This document shows positions 22,701 to 35,600 of a stretch of 38,115 bases of DNA, piece after piece. The first letter of the stretch is position 1; every line of letters starts with the position of its first letter. The DNA is taken from contig ML992544.1 in assembly GCA_010093995.1 (NCBI GenBank), forward strand, positions 1 through 38,115, given 5' to 3'. The notes below the pieces were generated by a model. It was not told the DNA's origin, searched no databases, and saw only the letters and a program-made list of their open reading frames with translations. The DNA is from Elsinoe ampelina (Eukaryota). Made by a program: the position numbers and the translations under genes.

Positions 22701-25700
22701 CAAGTACTAAAGCAACCTTGGAATGCAATTCACCCCGAAGATCGACAATCATATATGGAGCAGTGGAACAAGTCCCTTCGCACTGGTCAACAGCTTCAGC
22801 AGAAAGTACGCTTGCAGAGATTTGATGGCAACTACAGATGGTTCTACGTACGAGCAGCGCCCCTCAAGGATAAACGACAGAGCATAGTGCACTGGATTGG
22901 CACCAACATGGACTTCCACGAACAGCATTTGGCCGAGTTGAACGCCGCAAGACAGCAAGAGACAGCGGCGTCCGAGGCCAAATACCGAGCGCTTGCTAAC
23001 AGCAGCCCTCAAGTTGTCTTCACCGTCAATCGCACCAAAGGTATAACATTCTGCAACTCTCAATGGACAGATTATGCTGGTCAGTCCGAAGCACAAGCGC
23101 TTGGCCTCGGCTTCATGGAGCATGTACACCCTGATGACATTGTCAAGTGTCGTTTACCGAATTTTGACGACGGCACGAGAATCCCTACAAATGTACCGAC
23201 ATCTGTACCATCTGGGCCCACCCGAACTTTCTCATCTTCTCAGAACTCATCTTCTGGATCATCAGACACCGAAAAAGCGCCCACCAGTCCTATGCAATCA
23301 TCACCATCGACCTCTTTACCTCAGCGTAAGCTGTCTGAGTTGGCGTCGACAGGTATCCTCAAAGTCACTCGCGACGCAGATGGCAAAGCATCGTACTCTA
23401 CCGAAGTACGCTTACGTTCCAAGGATGGCGAGTATCGCTGGCATTTGGTTCGCGTGGTTCTTGCAGATTCATCTTTACGCATGGACGGTGACGAGGAGAC
23501 TTGGTACGGCACTTGCACCGACATCAACGACCATAAAGCGCTTGAGCGCGATCTCAAAGAGACCATGGACGAGAAGTCGCGTTTCTTGTCCAACATGTCT
23601 CACGAGATCCGGACACCCCTGAACGGCATCACTGGCATGGTGAACTTCCTGATCGACTCCAATTTGACCGACGAACAAATGGAGCATGTCAACATTATTC
23701 GAGCTTCCACTGAAGGACTGCGCGGATTGATCAACGACATCCTGGATCTGTCCAAGGCTGAAGCGGGCATGATTACACTCAACATGGACTGGGTACATGT
23801 CCGCTCACTTATCGAGGAAGTCAACGATCTCACCTCGGCAATGGCAATCGACAAAGGCATCGAATTGAACTACATTGTCGAGCAAGAAGTGCCTGCTCAG
23901 ATCAAGGGTGATCGGTTCAGGATCAGACAGATTCTGCTCAACATCATTGGCAATGCGATCAAGTTCACGCAGGTCGGGGAAGTCTTTGTGCGTTGTTCGG
24001 TTTTGCATAACACGGAGAACAACGATCATCCATTCAAGGAAGGTGAGAAGTTGATCCAATTCGAGATCATTGATACTGGTCAAGGCTTCACAGAGAAGGA
24101 AGCTCAGTACTTGTTCAAGCGATTTAGTCAGATCGATGGCAGTAGCACAAGGCAACACGGTGGTACTGGCTTGGGCTTGGTCATCTCGAGACAGCTGGCT
24201 CAATTGCACGGCGGTGACATGAGCGCCAAAGGGTACCCCGGCAAAGGAGCCACGTTCATCTTCTACATCAAAGGCACCCTCCCAAGCGAGGCCGATCAGC
24301 CTCCGCCGGATCCCCTTACTCCTGGAATTCGCCAGATGCCATCGATCCCGACCTTGGCCAAGCAGCTTCCAAAGGCATTACCTAGTATCACTGGGAAGAT
24401 GATTCAAGGATCTCCACTCACTCAAGAAGTCATGCAAACAAGCCCGACTCAGCGCTCGCCCGATCCTACACGACCATCACCTAGCATTAGCATATCCTCA
24501 TCAAGCTCTGGGCCGTCTACTAGGACTTCTCGAACCAGTACCAGGTCCGAGCGGTCCTCCGCCTCTTCGATCCTGCCCATCGATGCTCAGATTCCTCCTC
24601 GTCTTCCTCTCGAGCTAGCCATGCCCAAAGACAAAGCTTGGTCACGAAGCGAGAGCGTCAGCTCGGACAAGAGCACCGACTCGATCGACTCGTCGCCACC
24701 ACCGATGTTCTCAATTCTTGTTGTGTGCCCACTCAAGCACAGTCGCGACGCCACGGTACGCCACATGGACATGACACTGCCCCGTAATGTTCCGCACCAG
24801 ATCACTGCCAGGGAGTCTTTGCTCGAGTGCCAGAAAATGATCGGAGGTGATGGAGGGGAAGAGACCATGAATTTTACTCACGTCGTTCTGGTCTTGCAGT
24901 CTGTTCCGGAGATCATAGCATTCATGGACCAGCTGCTTACTTCGGCTGCACATGTGACCACCCAGCTCATCATCATCACCGATCTCAACCAGCGTCGCAA
25001 GATCATGGATGCTGCTCCGAGCTACAACTATGACAAACTCACTGCTGGGCATCGCTTGCAATTCATCTTCAAACCGCTTAAGCCGAGCAAATTTGCAGTC
25101 ATCTTTGATCCGCAGAAGTCACGAGAGATGAGCACAGACAGGAACCAGGATTCAGCACAACAAGTCGCCCTTACGCAGAAACAGCTTTATGACGAGATGA
25201 CAAAGAGGTTGGGCAACAAGGGCAAGAGAGTACTTCTTGTGGAGGATAACAAGGTCAATCAGATGGTGAGTGCCCACGACTCATGGCGACGTCCTCCAGC
25301 TAACAAGGTCTCAGGTCCTTCTCAAATTCTTGAGCAAAGTCGCCGTAAACGTGGATACAGTTCTCGACGGCCAGCAATGCACCGAACGTGTCTTCTCCAA
25401 ACCCCACGGGTACTACTCGATCATCTTGGTACGTCATCCCCCCCCCCCCCCCCTGTCCTCTCTGGTCCAAGCTAACCTCTCACAGTGCGACCTCCACATG
25501 CCCAACAAAGACGGGTACCAAACCTGCCGCGAGATCCGCAAGTGGGAAAAGACCAACAAGTATCCATACTTCCCCATTATCGCCCTCAGCGCCAACGTAT
25601 TGGGCGATGTCTATGCCAAATGCGTCGACGCAGGGTTCAACAGCTACGTCACGAAGCCAGTCGACTTCAAGGAGTTGAGTAATGTCATGCTGACGTTTCT

Positions 25701-25755
25701 GGATCCGGATGATCCTGGGAGGAAGGTGGAGTTTATGAGGATGAAGAGGAAGTGA
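19749..25755 (+). CDS. Hybrid histidine kinase with PAS/PAC sensors, HisKA, HATPase_c and receiver domain (probably fungal group V, HHK2-like), ~1966 aa
   Basis: Exons 19749-25265, 25315-25428, 25486-25755. PAS motifs (IHPEDR, VHPDD, GEYRWHL); H-box FLSNMSHEIRTPLNGI; N-box QILLNIIGNAIKFT; DTGQG; LFKRFSQ; GGTGLGL; receiver VLLVEDN..CDLHMP..IIALSAN..TKP. The group assignment is an inference. Confidence 0.93.
25438..25453 (+). repeat. Poly-C tract (16 nt) in the second histidine-kinase intron
   Basis: Direct read of the sequence. Confidence 0.9.
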
Positions 25756-26343
25756 GCTTTCCCCTCAAATGGAGAGGTAGAAGGCGATCGGGAGGGGAAT
25801 TTCTTTTGTCAACACGGAGCCAGGTGACACGGACCACACCATCTCGGGCTGGAGACGAGTCGAGCGCGAATAAGAAGAGCGTAGGGCGAGGAGGATAATC
25901 GAAAGTAACAATGAGAGATGGACGCAAGTACAGCAGCACTTTTTCCACGACCGCATCATGAAAGCATGGCGTTACACTGTACAATACAACACGCATGGGG
26001 TCATCAGGGGGGGTTTTTAGATCCTCTTGTTCCTGGAAAAAGGGGTAGGGAGGGGTAATGATGCATAGATATCCGGGAAGAGGACGGGCCGTGGTCTAGC
26101 GATCGAAGTGGTGGAGTAGTGGCAAGGGGTAGGTCGAGATGTGGGAGGAGAGAAAATGGAAGCAGGGAAGCTAGGGGGTGGCATGGGGTCAGGGGACAAG
26201 GGGACGCTATGGGGTAGAGGTAGTGCAGTAAGTGGTGGTGGATTCTACCTATGCTTCGCACCTGGTGATGAGGGAGGGTAATGAACATGTTAAAACTACG
26301 TATGGGGTATCGTGGTTGTTCGTGAATGCTACGTGAGGGGTGA

Positions 26344-27555
26344 TCATTGATAGGAGGTGAGGGTACGAGAGCGGCGATCCGGGCCTCGCGGGCGCCTCTT
26401 GGGTTCCTTTCGGTGATCATGTCGGTCGTGAGATTCATGGATGTCGTATCTGTCGTTTCGATGGCTGTGGTCATGTCGGTCATGTCGGTCGTGTAGGTCA
26501 TGTCGTTCATTCTTCTCGCGGCGGTCTTCGTGCTCGTGCCGCCTGTGCTTCTGCGTCTCCTCCCTGATACCCTCATCGTCCAGGGTGAATCCTTCTAGAC
26601 TATCGGTGCTCCCTCTCCGCTCCCGTCCCTCGCTCCGGCGCCTGCTATCTCGTACCACATCTCTTGCGTCCCCTCTCGAATGACTGCTCCTCTTCTCGAC
26701 CTTCTCCTCCCTCCGCTGCCGTCTCTCCTTCCTCCTCCGTCTTCTCTCCGCGGCCTCCTTATCCATCCTTGCCAGTTCCTCCCGCCTCTTCATCTCGTAT
26801 GCCTCCTTCTCCCTCTCTGCTTGCTTCAGGGATGTTTGTGCTCGCGCCATCATCGCCATTGGATCATTGCCTGCTGCTCGTGCTGCGTCGCGCTCTTTGC
26901 GCTTGGGGTCGGGGCGGCCGAATGCATCCCGGCCTGAGGCTTCTGCGTCTGGGAGGGCGGGTTGAGAGTTTGCACGGGAGGTAGTAGAGATGTACCATGG
27001 CTTTGAGGGTGCGTTGTATCCTGCTGCGTCAGCGAGGCGGACACCTTCGTCTCGCTCTTCGAGCTTGCGCTTTCGTTTTGCTCCGGTCTGATCTTCATCC
27101 GCCGGCGCGGAGAAGAGTGTGATATGCCCCCTTTCGTCGGTCAGGGAAGGCTCTGCCTTCTCGCTTGAGGATGCGGTCGAGTCCTGAGCGAGACGTGATC
27201 GTGTTTCCTGTGCTCGCTCGGCGTCGAGGCGAGCGAGGCGGATGGCATGAGAGGATTCATCTTCCTCTTTGTGGCGGCGGCGGAGTCTGCGCTCTTCTCG
27301 AGTATAGGGATCGGTACCACGAGAAGAAGTGTGGGGGACCGGATCAGAAGGAGAAATCGCTGGCGGAGGGGTGGTAATGGGAGGAGGTGCTTCCCCTCGG
27401 AGTATGGCGGTGCGGCGTGCGGCATCCTCTTCCTGCATGCGCTCATCTTCGGCGGCTTCGGCTGCTGCTGCGAGGGCTTCGTCCCGCTTCACGCGAGCGA
27501 TGGCGTCGGCGTTGTAGACGTTCCATGATTTCTTGCCAAGGAGGTGGAGAGGCAT
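26344..27555 (-). CDS. Cir_N-domain (CIR1/LENG1/Cwc25-like) charged nuclear protein, probably splicing-associated, 403 aa
   Basis: Single ORF. N-term MPLHLLGKKSWNVYNADAIARVKRDE matches the Cir_N pattern; also GHITLF, KPWY, NDPMAMM and an Arg/Glu/His-Asp-rich tail. Confidence 0.85.
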   Translation of the reverse strand: MPLHLLGKKSWNVYNADAIARVKRDEALAAAAEAAEDERMQEEDAARRTAILRGEAPPPITTPPPAISPSDPVPHTSSRGTDPYTREERRLRRRHKEEDESSHAIRLARLDAERAQETRSRLAQDSTASSSEKAEPSLTDERGHITLFSAPADEDQTGAKRKRKLEERDEGVRLADAAGYNAPSKPWYISTTSRANSQPALPDAEASGRDAFGRPDPKRKERDAARAAGNDPMAMMARAQTSLKQAEREKEAYEMKRREELARMDKEAAERRRRRKERRQRREEKVEKRSSHSRGDARDVVRDSRRRSEGRERRGSTDSLEGFTLDDEGIREETQKHRRHEHEDRREKNERHDLHDRHDRHDHSHRNDRYDIHESHDRHDHRKEPKRRPRGPDRRSRTLTSYQ

Positions 27556-28782
27556 GTTTGGAACTATAAGATCCTCTGAGATCGATTCTACTCATTGGAA
27601 GATGACGTGAGCGATTGAGGTCGTGACTACATTGCCATTTGGCAAGGATTGAGGTGGTAAGAGGGATCCTTTACCCATATACTCGCGACAAGGCGTTCCG
27701 AGTAAAGACGTCAGCTCAGAGACAGTCGGATCAAAGAATCGAGTGTTGATGGATTGAAGAACTTGAGAACATGGCCGGATAGACGGCGCAATTTAACCGA
27801 CGTTTGGCCGCTTGATATTGCTCTCGCTGTGACGATACAGCAGGTCCCTGCTAATGAGAATTATTGTCGAGCATGAGGCGTCGACATCTACAGGAGTGAA
27901 TTTGTTCTGAACGACCGTGCCTCAAGTCAGTTAATGATTTTCCGAGCATCTTATACCTATTGTTGTTGATGAATGTCATTGGATGTCATGTACTGTTGGA
28001 CTGGGTGTATAGCATAGTGACTTTTTGGACACCATCGCAGCACGCCTCGCAGCCAACAATCGCGGGCTTGCCATTGTTCCAGCAAGTTGCGTAAGATCAG
28101 CGATTCAATATCTCATTCCTGTCATCGGATGATTTTTCCCTGTCAAGGTTCACCCCAGACAGCGCTATACCAGACGAGGTTTAACGTCAAGGTTGTGGAT
28201 CGACGGGCGGTCCGGGGAGAAGATTCCGAGCACGGCGACTCGCCAGCCACAGGTTCTGGACATCAAGAAGAAGTTCAAGCTTTTAATTTTGACATGCATC
28301 TCCTCATTTCCTGACCTGCCATTGACAATTGCGTATCAATCTTCAACTTTGCAAGTCGCTACCTTATCCACCACATACAGAACGAAGCTGGCTTGCACTA
28401 CCTGAGAACGACAATCTACTGGGTGACGGCATAAACTCCACCCCGCCTTCAGCTCTGGTCACCACCGATTGATCCCCTTTCAGGCCTTGTGCGACATATT
28501 CAGGACTGGCAACACTGCACCCAACCGACTGCATGGACGTGGCTCGAGTCGATTGACGGTCCTTTCCCCCTTCCGCCAGCGGTTTGTGTGACCGTTGACG
28601 CCGCCCTTGACCAGCCGCTCAACTCCCACTTCATTCCTCACATCACTCACGCGCCTTCATGTCTCGCACATAACCACCCTCTCTTTGCGACCAACTCCCT
28701 GACTCTCACAAACCGATCACTCTAGATGTGAAGTGCTCACGCCCAAACGCCTTGACAAGCGGACTGTTCACAATTTCTCAAC

Positions 28783-29780
28783 ATGCCGGTCTACCTCCTA
28801 CACGGCTTTCGCTGGCCACGACCTCTCGTCCGCATTCATGTCATCCTCCAGAACCTTGAGGACGTGGCTGCCGAATGGCTCGTTGCCCCAAACACGACTG
28901 AATCTCTTTTAGAGAACTTTACCGAACTCTACCCGCAGCTCATGGAGCACCTCCCGAATCTCCGCTTCGTGGAGCAATATGATCCAAACGACTTTGGACC
29001 AAACGCCGGATCACAGCCATACGCATATATTGCCGACGTCTGTCACGAGATCAAGCTCGGTATCGACGTGGACGAAGTGCGCGGCAAGGGGGTGTCAAAT
29101 GAGCAGTGGGCGGCGCTCCTGGAGCTCCGCGACAAGCTGGCGCATGAGGAAAAAGTTGGCTGGTTCATAGTCGTGTGTGGGGACGAAGAGAGACTTGCGC
29201 CTGAAGTGGAGGAAGAAGAGGAAGAGGAAGAGTCAGCACTGCCACAGATACCCGTCAGCATTGGACCACCCTTGGTGTCCATGCCAACAGCTGCAAATGG
29301 ATACACTCCTCGCATGGAATCATACACGAATGGAGGTGCCGTGCAACAGCATGCACACAGCAACGGTCATGGCGATAATACCCATCAATATGACGTCGCG
29401 CATAGACCGAGGACCGCCGGCAGCTCTTTCACATCAAAAAGCTCGGCAACGACAGTATGTACAATCGACCCTTAGTGATACCAGCTTACTGACTCTCTTA
29501 GCGTAAGGATTATAGCAGCCCCGAGATGTCCCGCAAGTCGTTCGGCAGCCCAGAGGCGAACCGCAAGGATATTCGCGGGCCTGATGCACCTCCACGAGGC
29601 ATCAAGAAGCTGCTCGGAGCCTTGTCGAGGAGGAAGAGGTATGTCAAAGAGTTTGCAGCCTTATATCAGCTACTGACAAAAGATAGTCGCTCCAGCATGA
29701 AGGACATGTCGTCTCCTGCCTCGACCCATTCACAGTTCGGCGCTCCGCCTGTGCCTCCCCTTCCCCGCCAGGCTGTTTGA
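28783..29780 (+). CDS. flbE-like: FlbE-family developmental regulator-like protein
   Basis: Exons 28783-29454, 29502-29638, 29687-29780. MPVYLLHGFRWPR..RIHVILQNLEDVAAEW, LRFVEQYDP, SQPYAYIAD, ELRDKLA..EKVGWFIVVCGDEER, followed by an acidic tract. Confidence 0.82.
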
Positions 29781-30177
29781 TCGCAGCTTGCCTGAGTCTC
29801 AGAACGATTTTCATGACGAATTTATGCGAAACGGCCTAGAGGAGATCCGGATGGCATGGCGTGGACCAGGTAAGTCGGTCCAGGAGACTCAATGCCTGTC
29901 GAATGACGGTCAGAAAGCATGGCTTGAGACCTCAGACTTATCCAATAATGTATCATGACGAAATGAATATTCCGCCTCTATGACTTGACATGTCGATGTT
30001 CTGAATGATCGACTTCTCATCCATGGTTGATTTGCTTCGGTGACAGATCCGCCCCGCACCTGGCCCAGCCCCACGTTGACGTCGCATCTCTCGAATGGGC
30101 AATTCACATTGCTGCCTCACCAACAGAACGACCATCCTCCTCCACTGAACGAGGCGCTCTGCGCGATAGCCACAATC

Positions 30178-31191
30178 ATGCCTGCGACATCACCACTAGT
30201 AGTATGGCTTCCTCACACAAAGCAATGCCACGAACTCGCCATCTGACAAGTCCTAGAACAAGCTCAAGGTGCAGCTCAAGCTGTCCATCTCTCGACTACG
30301 AATGGTACAACAGAAAGACACAGCGATAGCGAAACAACAACGGCGGGGCATGGCACAGCTTCTCGAGGTAAGTCAGCCAACCCTGCACCATCCCCTCGCC
30401 CCTGCCCCCGGACCTCCTCCCAGTGCGCAACCCAACCTAACCCCCTCCCCCAGCAAGGCAAACTCGAATCCGCCCGCATCCGCGTCGAAAACATCATCCG
30501 CTCCGACCTCACGACCGAACTGCTCGAAATCCTCGAACTATACTGCGAACTCCTCCTCGCGCGGGCCGGCCTGCTGGACAGCAAAGAATGCGACCCGGGC
30601 CTCGAAGAAGCCGTGCAATCCCTCATCTACGCCGCGCCCCGCACCGAAGTCAAAGAGCTGCACAACGTGCGCCAACTACTCGCCGAGAAGTTTGGGAAAG
30701 AGTTTGCGCTTGCGGCGGCGGAGAACACGGAGGGCAAAGTGGCCGCGAGGGTGTTGGAGAGGTTGAGGGTGGAGCCGCCGAAGAATGAGCTGGTCGAGGC
30801 GTATTTGAGTACGATTGCTGAGGCGTATGGGGTGGATTACCCGCCTGGTAGTAAGAAGCGGAGGGAAGGGGGAGGGGAGGGTGGGGATGATGATGATGAT
30901 GAGCCGGGGAATGGGGAGAAGGTCAAGGCATTGGAGGCGCCGGTGGAGGCCGAGGAGTTGAGTAGAGCAACGCCGCCGAGGGCGGTGGGTCCGAAGAGTC
31001 CGGTGAGCGTGAACCCGCCGAAACCGAGTACGGAGAATCCGAAGCCGGAGGTGAAAGTGCCGGGTCCGTTGGAGTTGAGGCCGGGGGCGAAGATGCAGAA
31101 GGCGAGCGGTGGGGGAAAGGGGGATGGGCCGGGGGGGAAGATACCGGATGTGGATGAGTTGGCGAAGAGGTTTGCGCAGTTGAAGCGGTGA
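30178..31191 (+). CDS. IST1: IST1, ESCRT-III-associated regulator of Vps4
   Basis: Exons 30178-30201, 30257-30367, 30454-31191. KLKVQLKLSISRLRMVQQK, GKLESARIRVENIIRSD, LEILELYCELLLAR, GLEEAVQSLIYAAPR, KFGKEF; C-terminal MIM-type DELAKRFAQLKR. Confidence 0.95.
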
Positions 31192-32653
31192 TGGACAATG
31201 GCATTGGGAGGAGGCTGGTGCTTCTGGGGGTCACAAGCTGCAGGGCAAGAACGCCAGTGGCAAAGAGCAGCATATCCGCGGCATTGGAGATGCCATTTTT
31301 TGATAGCAGAGGCCAAGCAGGATGACCCGAGAAGCAGGCTGCAGCAATTGTGTACTAACTTACCTGATTGCTAAGAATACTCACTGCCCTGCACTACCAA
31401 TAGATTGTGCAGTGTGCACTTCGCAGCCTCAACTCATTGACAGCCACACGTATGCAGTGCATGTAGTAAGCAACACGCGTACCATGTACAAAGTCAGGTA
31501 CAATCCAACAAGCTGGTCAGTGATCTCCGGCATGACAAGTAGCCAGGTACAAGATCGACAGTCGAATCCCCCCGGCGGGCGTCGATTCGTGGAACCCGGT
31601 GGCATGAAATTAATATGAAATAACATCGTCATACATTGTTCGTGCCGCATGGTCGATGAATGACGATGATGAAGAGTGCAATTGATCAGTAATGGACGGG
31701 AGTATCAATCGTTGATGATGAAAAAGAGCCGGCACATTCTCCTCGAGCAAGACGACACCCGAGCGCCCGCAGAATGCCATCTGCATTATTCCTCGTTAGG
31801 CCAAGGTGGGTCGGCGAATTGACATGTTGTTGGTGATCGACGGGGGTGCATCCGACGGGCGATCAAAGTCCTGCTTTTTCGAGAATAGCGAAGCGAGGTC
31901 GAGGATAGGCAGTTGTCTCGGATCCCACGTGGATTGGGAGAGGCGAAGAGGATGAACAAACTGCGCTGATCAGTCGTATCCACAACGAAGAACCATGAGA
32001 GATGAGACAGACTCGAAAAGTGTCCCACTCTTGCTCGTGGCCCTCGCGTGGCTCACGGCTTCAACCGAGCAAGAAAATGGCCCGAAAGTGATCCCGGCGC
32101 TCGATAGGCTTGCAGATCTTCTGGAGTCTCCTCCAGTTGCGGAAAGGGCAGATGCACGCACTTTGCAACTGTCACTGGGCTACAGCTCTTTTTTTTTTTT
32201 GACTGAGCTGCAGCCCGGTCTGCAGGTGCAGGGCAGGCTTGACGGGCTTGCAGCCACGGAAACTACTCCTCCACCTTGGTCTCGTCGTCGTCTTCTGTCG
32301 CATTCAGTCTCTGTTTCTTCAATCATACAGCTTCACCCTGAACCACAATTGTTACAACCACGAACCCTAGCTGTCACGTCGCGACCGTCGCGACCGTCGC
32401 GCGCACCCAATCTGCTGGAATTGCATTCGCCCGGCCCGCTTCCGTGGCTCTAGTCGCTTCACATTGAGACGCATCCCATCGTCTCAGCGTCATACCCGAT
32501 TTTTGGATACGTTCCATTTTGCTTGAACCCCGGCACGCGAGAGCCCGTCTCGACCACAACACCGCCTTACTCCCCTGATACGATCGCGTTAATCTATGGT
32601 TCTCACTTCTCTGGATTTTCCACACCTCGTGCGAGCGTCTGCGATGCCTTGCA

Positions 32654-35600
32654 ATGTACCAGTCCAGTCCCACCAAACACGAGCAATCGCCGCGGGACAA
32701 ATTAGCCAGAAAACCACTACCGCTGCGCGATCAGAAAGATGCTGGGTTTGAGAGTCTTCGGAAGAGTCCAGGTCCACAGAATGCAATCAGTCCACCTAGA
32801 CCACAAACAGCGAGAGGACCAAGAAGACCGTCAGATGCTGCCATGCAAAACACCGAGCGACACTTTGCTGTAGCCAACGTGGGAGACGACGGGACAATCT
32901 ATCTCAGGTACGATCAACACGAGGAGGGTCAGGATACCTACAAGCAGGCCTTTAATGACCCTAGACCTATTGAGAGAGCTCCATCTTCCTTTGCCGCGCA
33001 TCCGCCAGCGTTTGGACTTCCTCCGTCACCACCCATGTCACCTTCGGAACTGGAGATGGACTCTCCAAATTACTGGCATGACGGACTACACGAAAGTGCT
33101 GCCGCAGCGACGAGTGTGTCTGTCCCCCACCACACAGGTGTACCTGGTGTACATGACCTGCGTGCCTCGAGTACGGGCTCTTCGATCCGGAAAGATACTG
33201 GGAGAAGAAGCTCATTGACTAATCCCCATTACCCAACGGGACCCGTACCCAGCGCGTTACAGCAGAACCCGCCTGCACGACCTTCACCGCGGGAGCGAAC
33301 AGAACGAAACCCTGCTTACGACACGAATCGTCTTCACCCTGGCATGGCCCGGAGGCATTCGATAGACAGGCCTACACCTGTGGACTCACCTATGATCCTC
33401 CAGGTACCTATCCCTTCTTATCGCATAGGCACGCCCAGAATCGGTGATAGAGGCACTGTATATCTGCACTCCTTCTACAGCGAAGGATCAGGGACCGAGG
33501 ACAACAGAGTCTCAAACTTCTCGCACCTTGAACTGGACGACGTCTTCCCTGCTCCACCCGGCATGCAAACACCAACAGCTTTCTTGAATTACAATCCCTC
33601 TCGCGCACTTACAGCAGCACCGAACCCGCCTGAAGCCACACAGGGAATAGACCCAAATATCTACAACGCCTTCGTCTTTGACTCGGAAAATCCTAGATAC
33701 ATTCGATACATGGCGAATGGCTCGATCCTGGCAGCAACACCAGCACGCCTAATAGCACAGATCACACACGTCAAATTCCTCGATTATGACCTCCTCTCCG
33801 ATTTCTTCCTCACATACCGCTCTTTCCTCTCTTCCAAAGACCTACTCCGCTATCTGATTGCGCGACTCCGATGGGCAGTCTTCTGCGGTGGGTCTGGCCG
33901 CATAGTCCGTGTGCGCGCTTTCGTCGCTACTCGACATTGGATACTCAACTACTTTATGGATGACTTTGAACCCGACTACGATTTACGACTTCTCTTTTGC
34001 AACCTTGTTAATAAATTGGCGGCGGATTTGTTCAGTAGAGCAGACAAAGGAGGAGGTGATCTGCAGGTTATTGGAGAGCTTAAAAAGTGCTGGAGAAGAG
34101 TATGCGATGTTATCTGGGGCACAAATGATGGCGGACATCCTTTCCCCGCCACGCACGACATCTCCCCTGGCGGGCCAGGCGGCAGCATGCTCATCGCGAA
34201 CGGGATCGAACAGCAAGATCATGCCAGGAGACAACAGGAAGTGCAGGAGGACTTTTTCAACCAGCCCAGCTTTACCCAAAAGCATGCTCGCATCGTTTCA
34301 TACGATCCGATGGACATGGCGAACATGGTCACGAGCCCAACTTCTCCTTGGAGGGCGAGGCAGGACAGCATGGATGTTACGTCCTGCTCGATCCCAATGT
34401 GGAGGAGATTCGGCAACGCGTCACCATCGTTCCGCCCGCGAGCCCTCATGCCCGTGACGGAAATTACTCGACCTATGGGCGATGTCGCAAAGCTTCCATC
34501 AAGCGCCCACCGCCACAAACAGAGCAAAGGATCAAAGAGCAGCACTGAAACAGCCATCGTCATCAGCCCGCCGCAGGAGGATCCAATCATTTTTCATCCA
34601 AGGAACGAAGTCGGTCCCTTCAACAGTGGAGATCTGATTCGTGGCGTCTTGGTTCCCCCGCCTCTCCCGCAGGTCACTAAGCAAGTCCGTGTGGGCAAAG
34701 AGATTGGCTTTGACAGCGATGTTGAGAACAGCGATCGCGAGACGAAGAGAACCAATATGGTCGGGCAGGTCAAGAGGAAGCTCAGTAGCCGGAACGGCAC
34801 ATTTGGTTCGAGCAGAGATGGGTCTGCAACTTCATCACCAAAACGTCAAGACACGGGTAACAAGCGTGCAAAAATGCCATCCAAGACGGTTCTGATTAGC
34901 CGATCCGATTTTCTGGCATCTCGAGTTGCAGAGGCCTATGAGAAGCTGATTCGCGAGGACCAAGACGAGAATCGAAGCACGCCAAAGCCAGAACATCAAC
35001 TCCAGTTGACAAATGGTCTGGATCACGGTGAGCCAGGTCAGCACGAGCGTCAAGGTTCAGTAGTAGACATTGACAAGGACCTGCCACCGCCACCCAAGAA
35101 GTCCGATCGCTTGAACAGCCACATGACTACCAGCAGCCGATCTATCATGATCATCAACGACATCGACTCTACGCCAGTACCGGCAATGCCTACTTTTGAC
35201 CTCCATGACAAGATCACTCCTTCCGACAACAGGATGTGGCAGCGCTCTCCTCGGAGAATCCATGACGCCTTCGATATGCAGAATGGGGATTTGCCCCTCG
35301 GCTTTCCTCAACGTGACGGTGCTTTGTCGCCTGCCTCGGGAAAGAGTCTTCAGCCAAGCATCAATACTCTTCGCATTGGCAGCGCTTCAGAGAGAGTGCA
35401 GTACAGTGCTTCCACCTCTGCCAGATCCGAGAGTCCCCCTCAAGGACTTGGTCTCATGCTACCGGGAGCTCCACCAGGATCTCCTGATGGCGAGTTTGAC
35501 ACTGACGTCTATCGTCAGTCCTCTACGATTGAGCCCTTCGAGGCCGCTTCTGACATCGGCGGTGCATACCCAAAGCAGCTCCGACGACGACCTGGTGGCG

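Noticed and set aside
26004..26576. 190-aa minus-strand ORF overlapping the 3' end of the Cir_N gene
   Set aside because: Alternative frame of the His-Asp-Arg repeat plus low-complexity 3' sequence.
29953..30008. Possible C/D-box snoRNA (ATGACGA...CTGA with short TCA/TGA ends)
   Set aside because: Imperfect C box, short length, and no rRNA-complementary guide that I could identify.
32377..32403. GTCGCGACC repeated upstream of the lte1-like gene; poly-T at ~32188-32200
   Set aside because: Could be CGCG-type cell-cycle elements, but too short to support a call.
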